From: a virus
Virus record (IMG/VR): IMGVR_UViG_3300046517_002090
DNA: 34,757 bases
Direction: 5' to 3' (one strand)
Shown piece after piece: positions 1 to 7,940 of the stretch (position 1 is its first letter; each line of letters opens with the position of its first letter). Under the pieces are notes generated by a model. The model did no database searches. It was not told the DNA's origin and saw nothing but the letters and a program-made list of their open reading frames with translations. Position numbers and translations under genes: made by a program.

Positions 1-127
1 ATAGTGCTTGTGCCATTATTAATCCCCGTCCCACCATATATAGGACTAATAATTGTTGCATTCCAAACACCTGTAGTAATAGTTCCAACTGTTACTAAAT
101 TAGGTAAAGCAGTTACAGCAGATGTAA
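1..127. repeat. Terminal overlap, copy 1 (identical to 34631..34757); circularisation signature
   Basis: Base-by-base comparison shows 1..127 equals 34631..34757 exactly. The repeat lies inside a coding sequence that stays in frame across the junction. Confidence 0.97.
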
Positions 128-1043
128 TTAAAGTACCAGAAGTAGGTAATGTGACATTAGTAATGCCAGTCGTAGTTAATGTTAATCCAAAAGCGCCACT
201 AGTCGTCAATGAACTAGCTGTATTAATGGTCCCACCAAGTGTAATAGTATTAGCATTAGAATTAGATATCCCAGTTCCACCATATGTAGGAGTAAGAGGA
301 GTAGTAAGCGCGATAACATTCCCTACTAATGTTAAAGGAGGTGTAGCACTAAGATTTGCTGCACTATTAAAAGCACTAAAAATGATAGGAGTAGTTCCTA
401 TAGTAAATGGCCCAGCCCCTGTTTCAACAAACAAATTGGCTGCATTTATAGTTCCAGCAATTATGACTGTATAAGCTCCTGATGCTACTTCGCTAGCAGA
501 TGCTTGATCAAAGTCTGTAGCGCGTGTTAAAACCCAATTACTGATACCAGATCCAATATTGGTTACTGTATATATACCATTGGTAGCCTGAGCGGCCATA
601 TCTTTAACCAGAACTCTATCATTAAGAACTGCTGCTACACTATCTAAGGTTAATGCTACCTGAGCTCCAGAATTAGTTAAAGTTGCTCCGATCCCTGCAG
701 CTCCATTATTATAGTTAGCAGTTAAAGCGACTGTGGTAGCTAAACGACAAGATGTCCTTGGAGATAATCCTGATTGCACTGAGTCTACATATTGCTTTGT
801 AGCAGCTTGCAAGCCAGTTACTGGATCTCCACTTAATATAAGAGGTCCCGTCATAGTACTTCCTGCTATATTAACAAGAGGAGGTAATGAGATTGTGGTA
901 CGATTATTCCCTGGATCATCAGTAAAAGTATAATCCACACCTACAAAATTTAGGATAGACTCAGAAGGTAATGTAATACCATTACCTTGTATAGTCGTAA
1001 TAGCTAATGAACCATTCCCTAGAAAACCCGAAAATTGCGCCAT
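1..1043 (-). CDS. Tail fibre protein (716 aa on the circle), 5' part. ATG at 1043..1041; the ORF runs off the left edge and continues at 34630 down to 33523.
   Basis: Manual reverse translation gives MAQFSGFLGNGSLAITTIQ... and ...IAGSTMTGPLILSGDPVTGLQAATKQYVDS (790-870), a classic phage tail-fibre motif. It also gives repeated TPTYGGTGISN / [11 protein letters not shown] units. Frame check: (1043-128) is divisible by 3, and codon phase at 34757 matches ORF 33523..34446. TAATG overlap with the upstream gene at 1041-1045. Confidence 0.85.
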   Translation of the reverse strand, partial: MAQFSGFLGNGSLAITTIQGNGITLPSESILNFVGVDYTFTDDPGNNRTTISLPPLVNIAGSTMTGPLILSGDPVTGLQAATKQYVDSVQSGLSPRTSCRLATTVALTANYNNGAAGIGATLTNSGAQVALTLDSVAAVLNDRVLVKDMAAQATNGIYTVTNIGSGISNWVLTRATDFDQASASEVASGAYTVIIAGTINAANLFVETGAGPFTIGTTPIIFSAFNSAANLSATPPLTLVGNVIALTTPLTPTYGGTGISNSNANTITLGGTINTASSLTTSGAFGLTLTTTGITNVTLPTSGTLITSAVTALPNLVTVGTITTGVWNATIISPIYGGTGINNGTST

Positions 1044-1378
1044 TATGTGATCTCCAATGAAACATTAATTGTAGTGCTACCACCAGACCCACTTTGGACA
1101 GCCCTAACTTGTTCATTCTGCACAAGAAATTCTAAAGTATTTTGCGAGTTCCCAGAGAAATTTGTGTTACCAAATTGATCAGTGACTACAATCCATACAT
1201 TAGGATTACTATGAGGGGCTAAAGTTTGAAATTTAATAGTAGCTCCATCAAATGTTCCCCAAATTTTAACTACAGCTTTTTTACCAGGATAATTAATACT
1301 GACAGGATCACTATTGCCATCTGTCATTTGATTAAAAAACAATAAGTAAGTATTTGCAGTAATTTGGGGAATTGTCAT
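1043..1378 (-). CDS. 111-aa small beta-rich protein, paralogue A of 31578..31913 (tail-fibre module accessory protein, function unknown)
   Basis: ORF track. Shares VKI(W/F)GTF(D/A)GATI...AP and (Q/D)(V/I)RAVQS.S.GG blocks with 31578..31913, and both are exactly 111 aa. Its stop overlaps the start of the downstream fibre gene. Confidence 0.7.
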   Translation of the reverse strand: MTIPQITANTYLLFFNQMTDGNSDPVSINYPGKKAVVKIWGTFDGATIKFQTLAPHSNPNVWIVVTDQFGNTNFSGNSQNTLEFLVQNEQVRAVQSGSGGSTTINVSLEIT

Positions 1379-1389
1379 CCTGTCACTCT

Positions 1390-1584
1390 TTATCCAGCAT
1401 TTTCTTGCGTGACTTGAGTCCTAACAATTTCGTCAGCTTCTAAAGCTTGCTTTAGATTCATGTCTACTCCTATACAATTCATATCATGAAGAATTGCAAC
1501 AAATGGAGCTGATAGTTGATAAGGTGATTGGTAAAAAACACCCAATAGTTTTTTAGCGTCTTCGTAAGATAATTTAAAATCCAT
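1390..1584 (-). CDS. Hypothetical 64-aa protein in the tail-fibre module
   Basis: ORF track. A strong SD (GGAGGG) lies 5 nt upstream of the ATG on the minus strand, and the gene is tightly packed between fibre genes. Confidence 0.6.
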   Translation of the reverse strand: MDFKLSYEDAKKLLGVFYQSPYQLSAPFVAILHDMNCIGVDMNLKQALEADEIVRTQVTQENAG

Positions 1585-1594
1585 TGATTCCCTC

Positions 1595-3466
1595 CTATGG
1601 AATTACAAAGTAATGCATAATAACAGTGCCATTTAAAGCTGTCGCAGCAGTATTATTATATATCGTCAATGTTGCTGTGCCAGAGCCTGGTACAGCAGCT
1701 ATTGTGATATTTCTTGTAGTATTAGTGCCACCATTATATGTTACTAATACTTTTGAAGTTGAAGCGATTTTAGTGTTAGTCCATGTGATAGCATACGATG
1801 CTCCACCTGCAGTATTTAAAGAAGAAGTTGTTATGACTCCATCAAGTCCACTTGCAGTAACGGCATTGGCACCTTCTGTCCCATTTACACCAAGAGTAAG
1901 TGCTATTGTAGCCGTTGCATTTACAGGATCTGGTAATGTATATGTAGTAGCTTGCCCTATAGCTGCATTAGTAAGTGTTGCTGCAAAGTTACTAGCATTA
2001 TTCAGTGCTTGTAACACGAAAGTGCCATTAGCTGCTGTGGCTGGGAATATAGTAAGTTTGCCAGCAACTCCCGATGCTCCAGCTTGAAGATTTGCGCCTG
2101 TTAACCAATTCCCTGCTGCAGTACAATAATAAGTGGTAATTACTCCAATGCCTTGGCTAACACCAGTGGCCGTAGCCACACTATCAATAGTATCAGTACC
2201 AGCCCCAAATACTTGCATAGAACTTGCACCATTGTTCATAATAGTAATGGCAAGTCCTCCAGCTGAGGCAGGTAGTTTAACACTATCACCAGCTGAAGCT
2301 ACAGTTGTCACATTATTGATTGTAGCTGCAAGTTGCAAAGCAGCTGCTTGTGTGCCACCCGCATGTGCAGTTAATGCATTAGCAAAAAGTAATGTTTGTA
2401 AAGCTCCAGAGAAACCCGTGCCTAAGCCTTCACTATACCATGCTCCAGCAGTAGTGCAGGAATATAAGCATACAGAATTAGCCATCTGAGATACACCAGT
2501 TGCAGTTGCAACGTCATCAATAGTATCAGTGCCAGCTCCGAATACTTGCATTGGATTAGCGCCATGGTTAATACAATAAACAGTAAGTCCTGCGATAGAA
2601 GTAGGTAATTTAATACTATCCCCAGCTGTAGCTACAGTTGTAATACGATTTACTTCATTAGTTAATGCAGTGGCAGATGCTTGCCCACCACCAGCGAATG
2701 CCGTAATAGTATCAGCTGCAGATTCTACTAATAAACTTCCAGATGCTAGAGTTGGATTCCCAGCAGACATAAGGAAAGTTGCACTAGCCCCAGCATTAGG
2801 AATTGTATAAGTATAAGCACCACCTTGAGCAGCATTAGTAATAGTCATTGTAGTATTGCCAGTATTGTCTACTGGCGTAAACAACCATTTACCTTTTGCT
2901 GCTGTTGTAGAGAATAAAGATAATGATCCAACAGTACCAGATGCTCCAATATTTAATGTATTAATCTGTGTACTTGCATTAGTGAAAGTCTTGCTACCAG
3001 AGATAGTTTGAGTACCAGCATCTAAAACGATATTTGCAGTTGCAGCACCTGGATCTGGAAGAGTATATGTAGTAGCTTGTCCTACAGCAGAATTTGTGAG
3101 TGTAGATTGGAAGTTACTAGCATTATTTGTCGCAATGAGCCTAAAGCTGCCATTAGCTGCAGTGGTTGGGAGTAGAACCACGCTACCTGGGACCCCAGTA
3201 AAACCTATTGTCAGTACGCCTGCGGAATAAAGAAGTGCTGCACTTGCATCAAAATCGCCAAGAGCGCTAGTTACAACTACTGAGTTGCCAGTAAGCCCTG
3301 TCCCACCACCTGCAATGAAGTTTGCATAACTCACTAAACGTGGCAAATATTGTCCTGCTTGTGCACCAGTTGTTTGCTTTTGTTGAATAACGAGTTTATC
3401 AACTGCAGCAACGCTAGTTACTGTTACGCCTTCAGCCCTTAGTAATCCTTGAATACCCGCACCCAT
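1595..3466 (-). CDS. Tail fibre / host-recognition protein (623 aa) with nested internal duplications
   Basis: T/A/G/N/S-rich. Repeated (T/A)AANG(S/T)F...NNASNF..TLTN(S/A)A.GQATTYTLPDP units and tandem AGDS(I/V)KLP...VFGAGTDTID.VATATGVSQ units. Sits after the internal virion proteins, as T7 gp17 does. Confidence 0.8.
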   Translation of the reverse strand: MGAGIQGLLRAEGVTVTSVAAVDKLVIQQKQTTGAQAGQYLPRLVSYANFIAGGGTGLTGNSVVVTSALGDFDASAALLYSAGVLTIGFTGVPGSVVLLPTTAANGSFRLIATNNASNFQSTLTNSAVGQATTYTLPDPGAATANIVLDAGTQTISGSKTFTNASTQINTLNIGASGTVGSLSLFSTTAAKGKWLFTPVDNTGNTTMTITNAAQGGAYTYTIPNAGASATFLMSAGNPTLASGSLLVESAADTITAFAGGGQASATALTNEVNRITTVATAGDSIKLPTSIAGLTVYCINHGANPMQVFGAGTDTIDDVATATGVSQMANSVCLYSCTTAGAWYSEGLGTGFSGALQTLLFANALTAHAGGTQAAALQLAATINNVTTVASAGDSVKLPASAGGLAITIMNNGASSMQVFGAGTDTIDSVATATGVSQGIGVITTYYCTAAGNWLTGANLQAGASGVAGKLTIFPATAANGTFVLQALNNASNFAATLTNAAIGQATTYTLPDPVNATATIALTLGVNGTEGANAVTASGLDGVITTSSLNTAGGASYAITWTNTKIASTSKVLVTYNGGTNTTRNITIAAVPGSGTATLTIYNNTAATALNGTVIMHYFVIP

Positions 3467-3551
3467 GACTTAACCATTTGAATATTATATTGTAAATACT
3501 CTACACTGGAGAAATATAGAAATCAAACTTAAATATCAATGGGTTATGGAA

Positions 3552-5522
3552 TTATTGTTGCACTGGATGCATAGCTTCATAGAGATTGGATAATTCTTGT
3601 AGTTGTTCGTCTGATAAATTTTTCACTTCATTAGAGCTACCAAATTGTTGTAATAATTCTTGATCGCTCAATGACTCTAGATTTCTTGAACTCGCAGGTT
3701 GTTTCTGTTGCTCAGTCTCTCCTGATTCTTCCTCTGATAGAGTTTTTAAATATTCACTTATAGAAGGCGCTAATTCTGGAGTGTCTCTAGCTATTATTGA
3801 TAATCCATGTATATGTTTAGCAGCTTGTTTTGGATTTTGCACATCTCTAGATTTAGATAACCAATTAAGAAATTTAGGAGATGTCATTAGTTTTGCAGCA
3901 CTATAGGTACTTCCTAATGTCAATGTAGTAGTGAGCGGTTTTGCTACTAAAGCGCCCAAGATGCCTAATTTAAAAATCTGATTAAATGTACCTGAAGGAT
4001 TGCCTTGAGCTTTGGTGCCTTTCATATGATCTATTGCATCAATAGTGGCACGGAATTCATTTTGTGCTTTTTCTGGCAATCCTGATAAGACAATTTCTTG
4101 TGCTTTAGGTTCTAATTTTTTAAAATTCGTTGCAAGATGTGCCCCATTAAATTCATTCTGTGGACTCATCCCCAGTTCTCTTACTAATGATTGGGAGAAG
4201 ATTTCTTTTTCTGCAGGCTTTAGGGTGCTTAATACAATATCAGCTTTTTTAGCATCTACTCTTAAATCGTTTTTAATGGTATTAAACGTCTCAGTCGCTG
4301 TTTTATTTTTTAATAAAGGTTGGATACGTTTATCAAGTTTTGTACGATATTCATTATAGAACTTATTATAACGATCGAAGTTCTTGCCAGTTTTTTCACC
4401 TTTGGAATGCGCGAAATTTTTGATATCTTCGCTTAAAGCCCCTCTTAAATGTTTTAATTCTCCTTGTGTAGCATCTCCTACACTTCCAAATGTACTTATA
4501 AGATCATCTATTTCCTTTCGTATAAACATTGCATCTCCAACAGGAATTGCCCCATTGTTTCTTTCTGCAATAGTAGCTAGTTTTTCATGGAACTTGCCTA
4601 TTGTAGAACTTTCATGCGCTTTGATGTTTTCTGGCTCAAATATAGTGGGCTTCTTAGAAAAAACCTCGGAAGTTTTATTTATTTGCATTTTTTCAGAAGG
4701 TATGATATCCTTTTCCCAGGATTGCTTTAATTTTCCTGTTAATTTATTTGCTTTGGTAATATATGTTCTCATTCCTTCTTGCGCTATACTTCCTCCAATT
4801 TCTTGAGGAATATGCCGCTCTATCTTCGCTATATTCTCGTTCGTCGAATAAATAGCATCACTAATAATCTTAGATGAACCTGGCGCTTCAGCTAGGGCAT
4901 TTTGTATGCCTTTTATAAATCTTGAATCCGAAATATCAGCGAGTGTAGGATTTAATTGCGCCTGCTCAAACGCTTTAGCTTTTTGAGGATTTATGCTGAG
5001 TGTAGAGGATAATGCTTTTCCAGCTATAGGAATAGCTTTTGCTGCGATGCTTGGGGCCATAGCACCAAGCAGTGGAGCTGCAATGCTATCCGGAGCTATT
5101 TCTCTGCCAGCTTGAAAACCGCCACCAGCAGTTGCAGCACCGACTGTTTCTTTAAAAGATTGAGGAGCTAATTTACCTAATATTGGAGCAGCTTTGCCAG
5201 CCATAGCAAATGGACCACCTGATGTTACAAATTCACCTGCAGTATCAATGCCACGTTCAAAAGCATTTTGTGGCTTTGTTAAACCTCCGGTATATTCATC
5301 GAAAGCTTCTCCTACTAATTCAGATGGAGATTGCAAAGGCTCATAACCGGCAAATCCACGAGCAGCATTCACCGGCAAATTAGCCAGATCACCTAAGCTC
5401 GCAAAGCCTTTAGCTGTTGTCTTTGCAGCACGTGCAACAGGTCTTGTGACCCAATCTTCAAATTCTTGAGATCTGATCATATCAGCTAATGTTGAAGGCT
5501 TATTGCGCATTTGCTGCTTCAT
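3552..5522 (-). CDS. Internal virion / ejection protein (656 aa, gp16-position)
   Basis: ORF track. ATGA overlap with the upstream gene. Gly/Ala-rich N-terminal region, long helical remainder, acidic C-terminal tail. The call rests on position in a T7-like order. No lysozyme/SLT motif recognised. Confidence 0.55.
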   Translation of the reverse strand: MKQQMRNKPSTLADMIRSQEFEDWVTRPVARAAKTTAKGFASLGDLANLPVNAARGFAGYEPLQSPSELVGEAFDEYTGGLTKPQNAFERGIDTAGEFVTSGGPFAMAGKAAPILGKLAPQSFKETVGAATAGGGFQAGREIAPDSIAAPLLGAMAPSIAAKAIPIAGKALSSTLSINPQKAKAFEQAQLNPTLADISDSRFIKGIQNALAEAPGSSKIISDAIYSTNENIAKIERHIPQEIGGSIAQEGMRTYITKANKLTGKLKQSWEKDIIPSEKMQINKTSEVFSKKPTIFEPENIKAHESSTIGKFHEKLATIAERNNGAIPVGDAMFIRKEIDDLISTFGSVGDATQGELKHLRGALSEDIKNFAHSKGEKTGKNFDRYNKFYNEYRTKLDKRIQPLLKNKTATETFNTIKNDLRVDAKKADIVLSTLKPAEKEIFSQSLVRELGMSPQNEFNGAHLATNFKKLEPKAQEIVLSGLPEKAQNEFRATIDAIDHMKGTKAQGNPSGTFNQIFKLGILGALVAKPLTTTLTLGSTYSAAKLMTSPKFLNWLSKSRDVQNPKQAAKHIHGLSIIARDTPELAPSISEYLKTLSEEESGETEQQKQPASSRNLESLSDQELLQQFGSSNEVKNLSDEQLQELSNLYEAMHPVQQ

Positions 5523-6688
5523 TGCATCATACTCCGACGTTGCATCTCTTTAAGAAAAGGATTTTCTTTGGATTCGTTTGCTTTGTGACCAAAAATCGCA
5601 TCTTTCCATTTATGTATATTTTCTTCATGCACTTCTAGCAAGCCATTCTTAGGATTTTCCGTGATGAAAGGATTAGCTTCTTCGAATTCTCTCCACTTGA
5701 GATCGAACTCATCTTTAGTTCCGCCAGCTTTCAGCCATTCTTGAGCGGCTTTAGCCTTTTGCAGTTGCCCTTTAGCATGAGCATCTATGGCATTAGATAT
5801 AGACATACTGCCTTTTTCAGTGTGCTCTAGATGTGGTTTTGTAGCAATAATTAAGTCTCTTCCTGAATCTGTCACACCTCTCTTTTGCTGATTCTGTAAA
5901 TTTTCAATAACTTGACTCACAGCAGATTCGAATTTTTCAGTAGCCTCAGTGGCTTCTCCAAAAACGCCTATAGCTTTACTAGCTTGGTATTTAGTGTTAG
6001 CTCCAGTGCCAGTAAACATTTTAGGAATGGCTTTTTTAACACGTCCGATATTAGTTATTACATTAGACGCAGCATTAGCTTGATCACTTAAATCTTTCAT
6101 CCACTTGTCAGTTTCTTCTACACGTCTTTTTTGCACATCAATATTAGCTTGTTGCTCTGCAGGGGTATTGTTACTAAATGGCACTGTAGGCGCAGGCATT
6201 CTATTGCCCATATTCATATTCTGTTCAGGCGCTTGTTGAGGATTTATCATAGAATTCTGAGTACCTTGCGATGGCTGCATGTTCCCTTGGCCACTTGGTC
6301 CAGCTGGACCTCGTAATCCTGGATTCTTAAAACTACCTCCTCCTGGCTCATGAGGATTAGATACCCATTGGGGCTGAGGCAATGCACCTAAAATACCAGG
6401 ATCGCTGATCCCAGCTGCTAATATATCAGCAAGACCACCACCTTTTTGTAAAATCTGTGATGCAGTATGGGCTTGTTGCATCCTTATATCTTGTTTCTGA
6501 GATTGAATATTAGTATTTTCCTGCTCTCTAAATATCTTAGCAGCCTGCACATATGCATCTTGAGGCATCATACCAGTTGCAATAAGTTGTCCTGCGATTC
6601 CTGCAGTATTCATTTGCCCAGGTCTTACGCCTTCTTCACTTAAACGCTCCTGATTTTGGTGCCAGATATCCCCTAATGAATCAAACAT
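5519..6688 (-). CDS. Internal virion protein (389 aa from ATG 6688), Q/N/G/P-rich central region
   Basis: The track start at 6700 is GTG. ATG at 6688 is preceded by SD GGAAGGTGG with 8-nt spacing. Low-complexity PGGG/QGN middle. Confidence 0.6.
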   Translation of the reverse strand: MFDSLGDIWHQNQERLSEEGVRPGQMNTAGIAGQLIATGMMPQDAYVQAAKIFREQENTNIQSQKQDIRMQQAHTASQILQKGGGLADILAAGISDPGILGALPQPQWVSNPHEPGGGSFKNPGLRGPAGPSGQGNMQPSQGTQNSMINPQQAPEQNMNMGNRMPAPTVPFSNNTPAEQQANIDVQKRRVEETDKWMKDLSDQANAASNVITNIGRVKKAIPKMFTGTGANTKYQASKAIGVFGEATEATEKFESAVSQVIENLQNQQKRGVTDSGRDLIIATKPHLEHTEKGSMSISNAIDAHAKGQLQKAKAAQEWLKAGGTKDEFDLKWREFEEANPFITENPKNGLLEVHEENIHKWKDAIFGHKANESKENPFLKEMQRRSMMQ

Positions 6689-6690
6689 GA

Positions 6691-7632
6691 TTAAAACCAC
6701 CTTCCTTGTTGTTGCATTTGTTGTGGACCATAAGCTCCTTGTTGAGGTTGCATATATTTCCCCATACCATAATTTGTATTTAAAATCTGCTGTCCAGCTC
6801 CAGCAATTCTACTAATAGTATTACCTTGTGCTGGCACACCTCCAGTATTAGTACTCCCTGATAAAATCCCATTATATAAAGGCTGTAATGCCATAGATTG
6901 CTGGAATCTTGGATCGTTTTGTATACGACCTGTGCCATTAGCAGCATCTAGTTGTTGTTGATGATAGGCTTGCTGCTCTCCGCCAAGTTGATTTAATTCT
7001 GCTGCATGTCTAAATCTAGTATCAATAGCTTGTTCTCCCGCCCTACCTTGTAGCATCCCACGCAAACCACCTAAACTTTCTCCTCTGCGTTGCTCAAGGT
7101 CTGCATATTGTCCTTGTAATTGTTGATTAGTTTCAGGATTAATTCTAGAGTTCAATAATGCATTTTGGCTACTAATTCCCTGTTTATATTTGTCAGCTGT
7201 CTTATTAATCTCATTAGCTCCAGCTTGATAGGCTTCTTCATATGGTTGATAATAATCAGCTAAGGCTTCTTTAGAAAAACCATTTTGTGAGAGATCTAAT
7301 GCTTGTTTTTGAGCCTGACTACGTTGTGCAAGTACGCCACGTTGCCACATTGGTTCATTAGGATGCGCAGCTTGTAGCGCTTGGAACTCAGGATTTGTGT
7401 CGATGTCTTCTTGAGATAGAGGATATTGTTCAAATATAGCGCGCATCTTAGGATCATTGGCATTATATCCTTGACGAGCAAGTTGTAGCATTTGGTCTTT
7501 AACTTCTTGAGGAGCTGCAGCAAAACCTTGTAATTGTACTTGTGGAGTACCTGTGCCCTTTTTTTTGCCGCCAAATACTGATAAAGCTGCAGATCCAATG
7601 CTAAGAGCTGGACCTATATATGGTAGTGGCAT
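6691..7632 (-). CDS. Internal virion protein (313 aa), Q-rich with a hydrophobic N-terminus
   Basis: ORF track. N-terminal MPLPYIGPALSIGSAALSVFGG hydrophobic segment. Call based on position. Confidence 0.55.
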   Translation of the reverse strand: MPLPYIGPALSIGSAALSVFGGKKKGTGTPQVQLQGFAAAPQEVKDQMLQLARQGYNANDPKMRAIFEQYPLSQEDIDTNPEFQALQAAHPNEPMWQRGVLAQRSQAQKQALDLSQNGFSKEALADYYQPYEEAYQAGANEINKTADKYKQGISSQNALLNSRINPETNQQLQGQYADLEQRRGESLGGLRGMLQGRAGEQAIDTRFRHAAELNQLGGEQQAYHQQQLDAANGTGRIQNDPRFQQSMALQPLYNGILSGSTNTGGVPAQGNTISRIAGAGQQILNTNYGMGKYMQPQQGAYGPQQMQQQGRWF

Positions 7633-7644
7633 AATTTTACCTTT

Positions 7645-7938
7645 CTAAAATGCGTTTAATATAATGCGTCTCCATTCTAGAGTACCAGCATTATTGATCA
7701 AAATATACTCAAATGTTGGACTTAAGACTCTGTCGTATATAACATCTTGTAACTTTACATCAGCAGAATTTATAGGTGCGACTCTATCGGTTCTAAGGCG
7801 TCCTTGAATATAATATGCTTGTAATGATTGCGATAAAGAACGTACTTGGGCTTCAAGTAATGCAATTCTACGAATAGATTCATCAGTTGTATTGAAAGTC
7901 CCTTCTAATGTATTAAAGACATCATCTTGATTAAACAT
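7645..7938 (-). CDS. Small virion-associated protein (97 aa, gp13-position)
   Basis: ORF track. Tightly packed between structural genes. Confidence 0.5.
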   Translation of the reverse strand: MFNQDDVFNTLEGTFNTTDESIRRIALLEAQVRSLSQSLQAYYIQGRLRTDRVAPINSADVKLQDVIYDRVLSPTFEYILINNAGTLEWRRIILNAF

Positions 7939-7940
7939 AT

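Noticed and set aside
4-474. Long plus-strand ORFs inside the fibre genes (4..474, 1626..2087, 2133..2489, 33647..34201). They could have been inverted alternative fibre cassettes for the invertase.
   Set aside because: Their V/P/A/L-rich translations are what one gets from the antisense of T/G/A/S/N-rich fibre codons. They lack SDs, lie wholly inside stronger minus-strand ORFs and show no fibre motifs.
1595-3466. Diversity-generating retroelement (template/variable repeat pair) in the fibre gene
   Set aside because: No reverse transcriptase is present anywhere in the genome. Differences between the repeat copies are not confined to adenine positions, and both copies are in-frame coding units.
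7296-7598. A 100-aa alternative-frame ORF overlapping 6691..7632, together with an A8 tract (7558-7566) that could promote frameshifting or slippage
   Set aside because: The alternative frame translates to low-complexity K/L/Y-rich sequence typical of an off-frame reading of Q-rich codons. There is no downstream stimulatory structure and no precedent at this position. A similar A8 run after the start of 22590..22799 is likewise unsupported.
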